A stretch of 25,548 bases of DNA from Candidatus Hydrothermarchaeales archaeon. GTDB lineage: Archaea; Hydrothermarchaeota; Hydrothermarchaeia; Hydrothermarchaeales; JAZGAD01. The notes under the pieces were generated by a model. It had not been told where the DNA came from. It saw nothing but the letters and a program-made list of their open reading frames with translations, and made no database searches. The stretch is from NCBI GenBank assembly GCA_036444275.1, contig JAZGAD010000039.1, forward strand, positions 1 to 25,548, in the 5' to 3' direction. The position numbers and the translations under genes are program-made. How positions within the stretch are numbered: position 1 is the first letter of the stretch; each line of letters opens with the position of its first letter. Below are positions 16,609-25,266 of this stretch, one piece after another.

Positions 16609-17473
16609 TAGGGATTATGATCGGGCTGAAATCGTTTGCAATGACTGCGGCTTGGTCATAGATGAGAAGATAATAGACCTAGGTCCAGAGTGGCGTGCCT
16701 TTGACCATGAGCAACGCACGAAGAGAAGCCGCGTTGGGGCACCTATGACTTATACTATTCACGACAAGGGATTATCCACGGTCATCGACTGGCGCAACAA
16801 GGACTGTTATGGCAGGGATATAGCACCGGGGAAGAGGGCCCAGCTTTATCGTTTAAGGAAGTGGCAACAGCGTATCCGTGTTTCAAATGCTACTGAGCGT
16901 AACCTTGCTTTTGCCCTCACAGAGCTGGATAGGGTTGCTTCAAGGCTGGCTCTGACTAAAAATGTTAGAGAAGCAGCCGCAGTGGTCTACCGCCGAGCTG
17001 TGGAGAAGGGGTTGATCAGGGGAAGAAGCATAGAAGGCGTAGCAGCTGCATCCCTATATGCCGCTTGCAGGCAGTGCAAGGTGCCGCGCACTCTCGACGA
17101 GATAGCTGATTCTGCGAAGATGAATCGGAAGGAGATAGGCCGCACATATAGATTTGTCTCAAGGGAGCTCAACATCAACTTGAAGCCGACAACACCTATT
17201 GACTATGTACCAAGATTCGGTTCTGAGTTGACTCTGTCCGGGGAGGTGCAGAGCAAGGCCATAGAGATACTGAAGAAGGCCATGGACCAAGAGCTGACTT
17301 CTGGTCGTGGCCCAACAGGCGTATCGGCTGCCGCCATATATATCGCAAGTGTCCTCCTCGGCGAAAGGCGAACCCAAAGGGAGGTTGCCGATGTAGCTGG
17401 CGTAACAGAGGTCACAATAAGGAATAGGTATAAGGAGCTGGCCGAGAGACTCGATATAGAAATAACTATTTGA
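16547..17473 (+). CDS. tfb: Transcription initiation factor IIB
   Basis: CPECGS..CNDCG Zn ribbon, GPEWRAF, cyclin repeats and [23 protein letters not shown]. Confidence 0.97.
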   Translation: MVEKRVEYTEDCPECGSRSLSRDYDRAEIVCNDCGLVIDEKIIDLGPEWRAFDHEQRTKRSRVGAPMTYTIHDKGLSTVIDWRNKDCYGRDIAPGKRAQLYRLRKWQQRIRVSNATERNLAFALTELDRVASRLALTKNVREAAAVVYRRAVEKGLIRGRSIEGVAAASLYAACRQCKVPRTLDEIADSAKMNRKEIGRTYRFVSRELNINLKPTTPIDYVPRFGSELTLSGEVQSKAIEILKKAMDQELTSGRGPTGVSAAAIYIASVLLGERRTQREVADVAGVTEVTIRNRYKELAERLDIEITI

Positions 17474-17477
17474 TTAC

Positions 17478-17492
17478 TTTTTCTCTTCTTTT
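17478..17492 (+). terminator. Oligo-T archaeal terminator after tfb
   Basis: TTTTTCTCTTCTTTT just after the stop codon. Confidence 0.55.
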
Positions 17493-17531
17493 CGGTAAAA
17501 ATTATCTATGTTATACTACCAAGAGATATCT

Positions 17532-17835
17532 GCAGCGAGCTGGAGGGCATCTGTCGCTATCGTTCTATGAACGAGGGTGAGGAAACTCCGCTCATCTCAC
17601 GGGAACCCGACTCCTGAAAGGGAGAGGCTGAGAGGCCTAGCTCTGGAGCAGAAACGATACACTGCTGCATGGTGGATAATGAGCACGATGGTGTGAAGAC
17701 GTGCAGTGGATGGTGAAACGGCCAACTTCGGGGATGCAAGCCTGAGTATCGCCGTTGAGACCCGTGCAAGGCGAGTAATAGGCGCATTAGACGAATGATG
17801 CCGAAACATAAGGCGGGTTACTCCCAGCACGCTGC
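17532..17835 (+). ncRNA. rnpB: RNase P RNA (archaeal, probably type A)
   Basis: GAGGAAACTCCG (CR-I), GCAGAAAC, TGAAACGGC, GCAAG, TAGACGAATG and AACATAAGGCGGGTTA (CR-V). P1 pairing GCAGCGAGCTGGAG / CTCCCAGCACGCTGC. P8/P9-like hairpins are present. Confidence 0.93.
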
Positions 17836-17954
17836 GTCCCACTCTTGGGATAAATCAGGATTTTCTTAATTTTAATTTAAAGCCTATTCAAATATTGGTT
17901 GGCAGTTGCCAGTAAATTTTTATTCCTCTATCAGGATTTGGAAGGAGATGCATC

Positions 17955-18155
17955 ATGGAAGTATACGTGAAGATGAGAGATAAGAGCTCAACTGTTGAGC
18001 TCGATGAAGATAGCACTATCTCATGCTTACTGGAGAGACTGGAGATAAACCGGGAAACCGTCTTGGTCATGGTCAATCAAGAAATTAGAGTTGAGGAAGA
18101 GATGTTGAAGCAAGGGGATGAAGTAGAGATCATAATGGCTGTTTCGGGTGGCTAG
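17955..18155 (+). CDS. MoaD/ThiS/SAMP ubiquitin-like sulfur carrier
   Basis: 66 aa beta-grasp pattern ending GDEVEIIMAVSGG. Confidence 0.92.
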   Translation: MEVYVKMRDKSSTVELDEDSTISCLLERLEINRETVLVMVNQEIRVEEEMLKQGDEVEIIMAVSGG

Positions 18156-19061
18156 ATGAAGTGCGATAAGTGTGGAGGAAAGGCAGTCTATTTCAGACGC
18201 TACAGTGGTCAGTATCTATGCTCAGCTCACTTTGAGGAATACTTTGAGGAAAAGGTCAGGAAGACACTGCTGAAAGAAAAGATGTTGAGGCGAAGCGAGG
18301 ATATAGGGATCGCTTTCTCAGGGGGCAAGGACAGTGTAGTAACCCTGTTCGTTCTCAATAAGCTGGCAGAGAAGTTGGATTTGAAATTATCTTGCATCTC
18401 CATAGACGAGGGGATTAAAGGCTATAGAGATAAAAGTCTTGAAATCGCGAATTCTATCTGCTCCCGGTTTGGAGTGCAGTTGCACATCGCGTCCTTTAAG
18501 GAGCACTTCGGATACTCCTTGGATGAAATGGTAGCGAGCAATAGGGCCTGCACCTACTGCGGCGTGCTCAGGAGGAGGCTCCTCAACGAGAAGGCAAGGG
18601 AGCTAGACGTAGATAAGCTTGCTACCGGCCACAACCTGGATGATGAGGTCCAAGCCATCATGATGAATTACTTGAGAGGCGATGTAGAGAGGCTTGCCAG
18701 GTTAGGAACTCCAGCGCGAGGCAATGGCTTTATAGCGAGAATAAAGCCCCTCTCAAAGATGCCTGAGAAGGAAGTAGCGCTGTACGCAATACTCAAGGAC
18801 CTAGGGCCAAGTTTCGATGAATGTCCTTACAGTGCATCTTTCAGGACAGGTGTGCGGGACTTTGTCAATAAGCTGGAGAAGGAGAACCCAGGGATAAAAT
18901 TCTCTATCTTAAAGGGTTATGAAAAAATCACTCCCTACCTAGAGAACTATGAAAGGGCAGAGCTAAAGAGATGCATGTCTTGCGGGGAGCCATCATCACA
19001 AGAAATATGCAATGCCTGCAAGCTCTTGGACGAAGTGAGAAGTCTGAGACAAGATAGTTAG
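18156..19061 (+). CDS. tRNA 2-thiolation protein NcsA/TtuA (TIGR00269-like)
   Basis: N- and C-terminal Zn fingers, SGGKDS PP-loop, CTYCGVLRR and ATGHNLDDE. Adjacent to the SAMP gene. Confidence 0.9.
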   Translation: MKCDKCGGKAVYFRRYSGQYLCSAHFEEYFEEKVRKTLLKEKMLRRSEDIGIAFSGGKDSVVTLFVLNKLAEKLDLKLSCISIDEGIKGYRDKSLEIANSICSRFGVQLHIASFKEHFGYSLDEMVASNRACTYCGVLRRRLLNEKARELDVDKLATGHNLDDEVQAIMMNYLRGDVERLARLGTPARGNGFIARIKPLSKMPEKEVALYAILKDLGPSFDECPYSASFRTGVRDFVNKLEKENPGIKFSILKGYEKITPYLENYERAELKRCMSCGEPSSQEICNACKLLDEVRSLRQDS

Positions 19062-19137
19062 CAAGCTAATTTTGTATATTCTACCTCTAAGAAAATTTAA
19101 ATATCCAGAGCAAGAACAAGATGTAGGAGGTGAAGCT

Positions 19138-19290
19138 GTGAGAATAGTTAAATTATGCGTTGACGAAAGCTGTCCGGTTGTCGAGCTGGGCGACGACTAC
19201 GTAAGGATCGGCGAGGAAGGCAACCTCTGTACCCTACAACTGGAGGAGTGGAGCGCCCTCAAAGAGAAAGTCCTCAAAGGGGAGCTATAA
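19138..19290 (+). CDS. 50-aa protein with C-x4-C motif, DUF397-like
   Basis: GTG after GGAGGTG RBS. Translation: MRIVKLCVDESCPVVELGDDYVRIGEEGNLCTLQLEEWSALKEKVLKGEL. Confidence 0.65.
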   Translation: MRIVKLCVDESCPVVELGDDYVRIGEEGNLCTLQLEEWSALKEKVLKGEL

Positions 19291-19405
19291 ATTACTCTAC
19301 GAAATAGCCTTGTCTTGCCACAATAGCACGCGCTAAGAAATTGTTTTCGTTAAATTTGGGGTGAGGAGATGAAAAGTCTAGAAAGGAGAGTGCAGTGGAG
19401 GAAGC

Positions 19406-20476
19406 ATGAAAGCTGTAGCGGTGATTCCTGGGCAGACGGACAGCGTCCGCATAGTTAATGTGGATAAACCAGAGATCAGCGCTGGCGAAGTATTGGTAGA
19501 GGTTATTAGAGTCGGCGTTGATGGTACAGATATCGAGATAAACGAGGGGTTATACGGCGAAGCGCCCGAAGGCGATGCTTTCCTGATTATTGGACACGAG
19601 TCTTTGGGTATAGTGCGGGAGGTTGGAGATGGAATAAGCAACTTTAAAAAAGGCGACTATGTGGTGGCAACTGTCAGGAGACCTGACGACTGTCTAAACT
19701 GTAGGGCAGGAGAATACGACATGTGCTTGACCGGGGATTACAAAGAAAGAGGGATTAAAGGGCTGCACGGCTTCATGTCAGAGTTTTATAAGGAATCACA
19801 TGAGTTCCTAGTTAAAGTTCCAGAAAAAATTAGTGAGTTGGGAGTCTTACTCGAGCCGTTGAGCATCGTAGAGAAAGCTGTATCCCAGGCATATAAGATA
19901 CAAGAGCGACTTGAGTGGCAACCGAAAACGGCCTTGGTAACAGGGGCAGGTGCGATAGGGATACTAGCATGCCTAGTCCTGCGAAACATGGCCCTAGATG
20001 TATACGTGGTGGCGAGGAGCTCGGCAGAGGGGAATCCCAAGGCGGATTTGATTAGAGAATGCGGTGCTACTTATATCAGCAGCAGTGGACAGCCAATATC
20101 CAGCCTTAAACTTGGGAATATAGACCTGCTGGTAGAGGCTACCGGGAGCTCTGCAGTCGTATTCGATGCTATAAAGGTGCTCGGCACAAATGGCGTTGCC
20201 GCGCTGACGAGTATCACTGCAACAGAGGATGTACACGAGGTTTGCGCTGCCTGCATAAATCTCGATATGGTGCTGAACAACAAGGTTGTATTCGGCAGCG
20301 TGAACGCTAACCGGAGACACTTCGAGATGGGTCTAGTTCACCTCCCGGATTTTGAAAGGAAATGGCCAGGTTTATTGGGTAAGATCATTACGAGGAGAGT
20401 GCCATTCAGACAGTTTAGAGAGGCACTGGAGAGGAGGAAGGGGGATATAAAAATAGTTATTGAGGTCCAAATGTGA
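19406..20476 (+). CDS. Zn-dependent glucose 1-dehydrogenase (MDR family)
   Basis: GVDGTD, GHESLG, VRRPDDCLNC..YDMC, ERGIKGLHGFM, LEPLSIVEKA, GAGAIG and GSVNANRRHF. Confidence 0.88.
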   Translation: MKAVAVIPGQTDSVRIVNVDKPEISAGEVLVEVIRVGVDGTDIEINEGLYGEAPEGDAFLIIGHESLGIVREVGDGISNFKKGDYVVATVRRPDDCLNCRAGEYDMCLTGDYKERGIKGLHGFMSEFYKESHEFLVKVPEKISELGVLLEPLSIVEKAVSQAYKIQERLEWQPKTALVTGAGAIGILACLVLRNMALDVYVVARSSAEGNPKADLIRECGATYISSSGQPISSLKLGNIDLLVEATGSSAVVFDAIKVLGTNGVAALTSITATEDVHEVCAACINLDMVLNNKVVFGSVNANRRHFEMGLVHLPDFERKWPGLLGKIITRRVPFRQFREALERRKGDIKIVIEVQM

Positions 20477-20787
20477 AGATCGAACTCCTATACTTCGATG
20501 ATTGTCCTAATTATAAGAAGACACTAGAGGATGTGAACGAGTTGCTGAAACAGGAGGGTGTTGAAGCAGAGATAGCTATGATAAGGATCGAGACCCAAGA
20601 AGAGGCAGAGAAGCTGGGCTTCCTGGGTTCGCCGACGTTGCGTATAGCAGGAAAGGACGTAGATGAAAAAAGCAGGGACTCTAAAGAATTTGGATTGAAG
20701 TGCAGGATCTATCTGGTGGGAGACAAGATTTTAGGTTCGCCGCCGAGAGAGATGATAATGCAGACATTGAAAGAGGCTAAGGTATGA
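20473..20787 (+). CDS. Thioredoxin-fold protein of the type associated with mer/merB loci
   Basis: IELLYFDDCPNY...FLGSPTLRIAGKD...CRIY...GSPP. GTGA overlap with gdh. Confidence 0.8.
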   Translation: MKIELLYFDDCPNYKKTLEDVNELLKQEGVEAEIAMIRIETQEEAEKLGFLGSPTLRIAGKDVDEKSRDSKEFGLKCRIYLVGDKILGSPPREMIMQTLKEAKV

Positions 20788-21497
20788 GGATTTCCAAGAT
20801 TGCTCCAGATGCCAACGAAAGAGCCAGATCCGTCCTAGAGAGCATTCATGCTACGGTGGATATAGACGCCAAGTGGGGCAAGAGTTTGAGCCCGGACGAG
20901 GATGAAATACGCAGGTTTATCCTGACGGAATTTCCAAGCTTAGGCAGAGTGCCAACGATGGAGGAAATAAAAGAAGGCCTAGGTTTAACCACGACGGATG
21001 TCTCTCAATCACTGGAGACGCTTAACGAATTGGACATAATCTACATGAAGGACGATAGGATTTTGGGTGCATATCCATTCTCAAGTGAGCCGACCCCCTA
21101 TCTTGTAACATTCAAAGGCAGAGAAAAAAGGAGGGCCTATGCCCTCTGTGCCATTGATGCACTTGGCATACCTTTTATGTTTGGTGAAGACGTGGATATC
21201 GAGTCTTCATGCGCTCACTGCAGTGGGAAGATAAAGATCAAGGTTGAGGATGGAAGGATCATAGAGTGTGAGCCTAAGGAAGCGCTGGTATGGATTGGCT
21301 TAAAGTATTCCTGTCATGCTGCAACCTCTCTATGCACTTCTCTAATCTTCTTCCAGTCAGAGGAGCACTTGCTGGAATGGCGTGCGGAAAATCCTAGTGA
21401 AGATGGGGAGGCTCTCACTCTATCTGAAGCGTTATATGTTGGAAAGGAGCTCTTTGAGGCTAGATTAGGCCTTGCACATAGTTCTACTGGGACCTAA
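20784..21497 (+). CDS. merB: Organomercurial lyase MerB-like protein with N-terminal HTH-like region
   Basis: AYPFSSEPT, YALCAIDALGI (catalytic Cys/Asp equivalents), ESSCAHC and LCTSLIFFQSEE (second catalytic Cys). Confidence 0.8.
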   Translation: MRISKIAPDANERARSVLESIHATVDIDAKWGKSLSPDEDEIRRFILTEFPSLGRVPTMEEIKEGLGLTTTDVSQSLETLNELDIIYMKDDRILGAYPFSSEPTPYLVTFKGREKRRAYALCAIDALGIPFMFGEDVDIESSCAHCSGKIKIKVEDGRIIECEPKEALVWIGLKYSCHAATSLCTSLIFFQSEEHLLEWRAENPSEDGEALTLSEALYVGKELFEARLGLAHSSTGT

Positions 21498-21627
21498 CAA
21501 GCTACCCGGAGGAGTTCAAGAGACTTGATCTGGATAATGTATCCCACTCTATCTAACACCATTGAATACATGGTCAGCCCAGAGATGGCCATTACTAATA
21601 AATAAATAATAACACCAAGGATACCTG

Positions 21628-22086
21628 ATGATTAAGAAACCTGTAACCGAGAACGAGAGGCTCTTCTCGTCTGTCCTTTTAGTCTTTATAGTATACTTCG
21701 GGTTGAACTCCATAATATTCTCACTGTTCGGTAGAGATACAATATTCGTACACTATTTGATGACCTTCTCCTTTCTAGGCGGCATGGCGTGTGGCGTTTT
21801 ATTTTTCCTGTGGACTAATCCTAAGTCAAAAGAAAATGGCGATATCAATGCATTGGAAAAGAATATACGGATTTTGAAGAAGGCATTGAGCGAGGACGAA
21901 CGTATCCTTGTTGATATGATAAGGGAAGCCGAGGGACTGACTCAGGACTCACTAAGATTCAGGACGGGGTTCTCGAAGTCTAAAGTGAGCTATTTAGTAT
22001 CAGAATTAGAAAAAAAGGATGTTATAGTACGAGAAAGACTTGGAAGGACATATAAATTATTCATTTCTGATTGGTTAAGAAAATAG
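21628..22086 (+). CDS. Membrane protein with C-terminal winged-helix (COG2512-like membrane-anchored regulator)
   Basis: Two hydrophobic segments followed by LSEDER...GLTQDSLRFRTGFSKSKVS..ELEKK...ERLGRTYKL. Confidence 0.8.
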   Translation: MIKKPVTENERLFSSVLLVFIVYFGLNSIIFSLFGRDTIFVHYLMTFSFLGGMACGVLFFLWTNPKSKENGDINALEKNIRILKKALSEDERILVDMIREAEGLTQDSLRFRTGFSKSKVSYLVSELEKKDVIVRERLGRTYKLFISDWLRK

Positions 22087-22221
22087 GGAGCTATATACCG
22101 ATATGGACGGTTTTCGGTTTTTAAAAGGCAGTAACTCCCTGAATTGCATTTGCATGTATAATGGTATGCTAGGCAATTTATAACTGCTCTGCGGAATAAC
22201 CTAATGGCGAGGTGATTAAAA

Positions 22222-22512
22222 ATGAATGATAAAACAAGTTTGAAAATTCTCTTGGTGGGACTTGGGCTCTTACTGGTCTTCTCGGCAATTGTCTCGGCGC
22301 ACGAGAATAGAATAACGGAGTCCGGGAATAGAATAACGGGCTGGTGGGCAGAGATGAAGGAACACCACCTTGAGATACATGGCGATGACTTCGAAGAGCA
22401 CCACATAGAGATGCACGGCGAAGACTGGGAAGAGCATGTAGAGACATGCCATGCTGATACGGATTTAGAGGGTATGCATGGAGATACCGACCATATGATG
22501 TCATCCATGTAG
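22222..22512 (+). CDS. Secreted His/Met/acidic-rich small protein, putative metal binder
   Basis: Signal peptide ending VSA-H, repeats HHLEIHGDDFEE / HHIEMHGEDWEE, GAGGTGA RBS, oligo-T tract after the stop. Confidence 0.78.
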   Translation: MNDKTSLKILLVGLGLLLVFSAIVSAHENRITESGNRITGWWAEMKEHHLEIHGDDFEEHHIEMHGEDWEEHVETCHADTDLEGMHGDTDHMMSSM

Positions 22513-22628
22513 AACCTTTTTATTTATTTTATTACAACGATATGGACATCTAATCTATAAACCATGTAAACTCTTGAATCGAAGGAGATGTGCAGGAAGC
22601 CTATAAAAATGCCGGTAGTAGGGAAGAT

Positions 22629-22964
22629 ATGACGCTGAAGAAAGAACACTATGTATTTGGAGCCCTTGTTGCACTGTTTTTGATTATAGTCGGATACGAG
22701 GGCTATACCAACTACACCCATTATGGGCACCATGCCGCAATGCACGGCACAGCGGGGGGCATGATGGGGTCAAGTATGTTGGGGTTTAGTCTCTTGTTTT
22801 GGGTCCTGCTATTTGCCTTTGTATTTTTGATATTCAAATACCACGAAGACAGTGGAGAGGAGGAGGACACCGCAATAGAAATAATCAAGGAGAGATATGC
22901 GAGGGGAGAGATAACGAAGGAGCAATACCTCGAGATGTTCAAGGACCTCAAGAAAAGAGAGTAA
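22629..22964 (+). CDS. SHOCT-domain membrane protein with His/Met/Gly-rich loop
   Basis: Two TM segments around HYGHHAAMHG..MMG, and C-terminal AIEIIKERYARGEITKEQY. Confidence 0.85.
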   Translation: MTLKKEHYVFGALVALFLIIVGYEGYTNYTHYGHHAAMHGTAGGMMGSSMLGFSLLFWVLLFAFVFLIFKYHEDSGEEEDTAIEIIKERYARGEITKEQYLEMFKDLKKRE

Positions 22965-22989
22965 AATAATACAAGTTGCCTGCTCCTGA

Positions 22990-23466
22990 TTAATAGAGCA
23001 CATACAGTAGCAGATAAATTGAGATACCTGTGAGAAATGAGATTATCCATGTTGCAACAGTCGCGTACCCAATCTTTCTATGCCAGCGGTATTTTTCTTT
23101 CGCATGGAATACCCTTACCTTCCCCTTAACGGTGCTGTTCCTGTAGCCGTATAAAACCATGTATCCAGCTAGGACCAAGACTGCAACAGAGATGAGGGAG
23201 TGCAAAATCACAACGGGCAGGTAAAGCAATTTGTACATATTCTCTGGGCCCTTGAATTCTGTAGAGCCCTCCACGAGCCTCTTCGCCATATAGCTGACCA
23301 TGAACGTGAAATCAAAGACGAAGCCGATAGTCATGAGTTTATAGTGTAACAAGCTGCGATGCCTTCTGGCATAGAAGACTCCGCCCAAGAATACTATGGT
23401 GACCGCTATCTCCAAGGTCAAACTTAGATCCGAAAAACTTCCTGCCGAGGTCCCATAGAAACCCAT
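22990..23466 (-). CDS. DUF420 family membrane protein
   Basis: Four TM helices with conserved His residues: LHYKLM, ILHSLIS and WHRKIG...W..SFLTG..IY. Confidence 0.8.
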   Translation of the reverse strand: MGFYGTSAGSFSDLSLTLEIAVTIVFLGGVFYARRHRSLLHYKLMTIGFVFDFTFMVSYMAKRLVEGSTEFKGPENMYKLLYLPVVILHSLISVAVLVLAGYMVLYGYRNSTVKGKVRVFHAKEKYRWHRKIGYATVATWIISFLTGISIYLLLYVLY

Positions 23467-23584
23467 GCTGTATAGATTGCATTAGGGAATAAAAAACGTA
23501 TCTATTTCAAGATACTATACTGCACTGCACTACACTATTATTCGTCGTTTGAAAGTAACTCTAGTCTAAAACTACAATCCTAGC

Positions 23585-23596
23585 AAAATTTATAAG
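23585..23596 (+). promoter_or_regulatory. Putative BRE/TATA promoter
   Basis: AAAATTTATAAG about 35 nt upstream of the small ORF at 23632. Confidence 0.45.
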
Positions 23597-23631
23597 ACAT
23601 AGGGTTCCATATAGATTTAGGAGTGAGGAAA

Positions 23632-23700
23632 ATGAGTGTCAGGAAAATTGAGAAGGGACTTAGGTACGGAGCATGTAAGTGCCACAAGAGCTGCATGTAA
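23632..23700 (+). CDS. Unannotated 22-aa Cys/His/Met peptide MSVRKIEKGLRYGACKCHKSCM
   Basis: ATG preceded by GGAGTGAGG RBS and a TATA box. Lies upstream of the YHS gene. Confidence 0.5.
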   Translation: MSVRKIEKGLRYGACKCHKSCM

Positions 23701-23779
23701 GTGGACCTTAAGAGATCTGCGCTCTGGGATTAGAAGCTGGAGCGGGAAAATATAAATAAATAGAAGGGAGGCTAGACCG

Positions 23780-24016
23780 ATGGCGAAGGACCCAATTTGT
23801 AATATGGATGTAGACGAGGCCACCGCGGAGCATACGTCTGAGCATGAGGGACAGACCTATTACTTCTGCGCTGCAGGATGTAAAACAAGCTTTGAGGAAA
23901 ACCCAGAGAAGTTCCTCAAAGGCGCAGCAGCCGAAGAGAAAGCTGAGATGAAGATGCCAGAGCACGCGATGCCTCGCGAGGAAGCAAAAGAGAAGCCTTG
24001 GTGGAAGTTCTGGTAA
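23780..24016 (+). CDS. YHS/TRASH-domain metal-binding protein
   Basis: KDPICNMDV...YYFCAAGCKTSFEENPEKF with a KPWWKFW tail. Confidence 0.9.
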   Translation: MAKDPICNMDVDEATAEHTSEHEGQTYYFCAAGCKTSFEENPEKFLKGAAAEEKAEMKMPEHAMPREEAKEKPWWKFW

Positions 24017-24131
24017 TCTTTAGAAAGCATTAGGCCAACTGAAGAGACCATAGCTCGAAGGCTGGATTAAGTTTTCATTAGTATTAGTTAGGCAGAACTT
24101 TTCTGATTATGATTTGTGCGTTTCTCGCGCT

Positions 24132-25256
24132 CTATCCCCCTAGTTCCGCATCAATAAGTTGCTGGAAATCCTGATAGGGCCGGGCTCCCCCGATCTTTAT
24201 CCCATTTATAAAGAAGGCTGGTGTGCCAGTAACTCCAGCATTTACCCCTTTCTGCATGTTACTCAATACAGCCTCCGCATATTTCGTTGAGTCAAGGCAT
24301 TCGTTGAAAGCTGCTGAATCTAGGCCGAGTTCTGACGCATATTTATTCAACTCGTTGAGTTCGTCCTCTGAATCTGGAGCAAATCTGGACCATACGCCCT
24401 GATTGGCAAAGAGCTTGTCGTGATATTCAAAATACTTGTCCTGCTCGCCTGCGCATCTCGCAGACACATGGGCTATGAAGGCCTGGGGATGAATAGAAGT
24501 TAGAGGGAAGTCCATAAGGACATACTTGATCTTTTCACCATACTGCCCGAGAACCTGATCGAGGGTTTGATCCCGAAACTTCTTGCAGAAGGGGCACTGG
24601 TAATCGTTGAACTCTATCATGGTTACGGTTGCATTCTCCGGCCCAGTCACATATGCGGCATCGCTTGTATCTATCGTCGGCTTCTGGGGTTGCTGAGTCG
24701 GCGTGGGAGTAGGTTGGGGCACGGTAGGTGTTAAAAGGGTCTCCCCGCTTTCTGGAAGGTCCACTATTCCTCCGCCTTCCCCCAAGAGGATGAGCTTGCC
24801 ATCCTTCGAAACGTACACCGATATCTGTTGGGTTGTATCCCCCCTATTAAGTGTCAGATCCACGACATAGAGATTCTTGCCGTATTCCTTTACCGCTACG
24901 AGTTCTCCCTCTATGCCTTGGGGCTTCAAAAAGTTCTCTGCCATATAAGCCAGCGTCCTACTTCCCATTTCCTCCTTTGAGACACTGGATTCTCCTGTAA
25001 GGTTCCAGAGCAACAGAGGTTCTTGAGTCTGAGAAGGCTTCCCACATTCGACTGGAGAAGAGTATAGTTCTCCTCCTTCCTTTGCTCCCGGGGAATAATT
25101 GATAAGCGAGCTGACCAAAAAACCAGCTGCGAATAATACTACGCCAATAATTATGAGGTAGACTTCCCTCCGTTGAATCGCTGGTATCTCTTTCTCTTTC
25201 GCGTTCTCTTCCGTGTTCTCTTTTTCTTTCTCTTCTTTTTCTTTCATATTCCCCAC
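24132..25256 (-). CDS. Membrane-anchored DsbA/thioredoxin-family oxidoreductase
   Basis: N-terminal TM, Pro/Thr linker, EFNDYQCPFC, DFPL..IHPQA and GVTGTPAFFING. Confidence 0.92.
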   Translation of the reverse strand: MGNMKEKEEKEKENTEENAKEKEIPAIQRREVYLIIIGVVLFAAGFLVSSLINYSPGAKEGGELYSSPVECGKPSQTQEPLLLWNLTGESSVSKEEMGSRTLAYMAENFLKPQGIEGELVAVKEYGKNLYVVDLTLNRGDTTQQISVYVSKDGKLILLGEGGGIVDLPESGETLLTPTVPQPTPTPTQQPQKPTIDTSDAAYVTGPENATVTMIEFNDYQCPFCKKFRDQTLDQVLGQYGEKIKYVLMDFPLTSIHPQAFIAHVSARCAGEQDKYFEYHDKLFANQGVWSRFAPDSEDELNELNKYASELGLDSAAFNECLDSTKYAEAVLSNMQKGVNAGVTGTPAFFINGIKIGGARPYQDFQQLIDAELGG

Positions 25257-25266
25257 ATACTGAGAG

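Noticed and set aside
17557-17842. Minus-strand ORFs of 76 and 81 aa
   Set aside because: They are antisense to the RNase P RNA gene and have no protein motifs.
20473-20787. Possible selenoprotein, since some members of this thioredoxin-fold group use Sec
   Set aside because: The active-site codon is TGT (Cys) and there is no in-frame TGA.
21482-21556. Short frame FYWDLTSYPEEFKRL after merB that looks like a gene tail
   Set aside because: It has no start codon and is too short to assign without a search.
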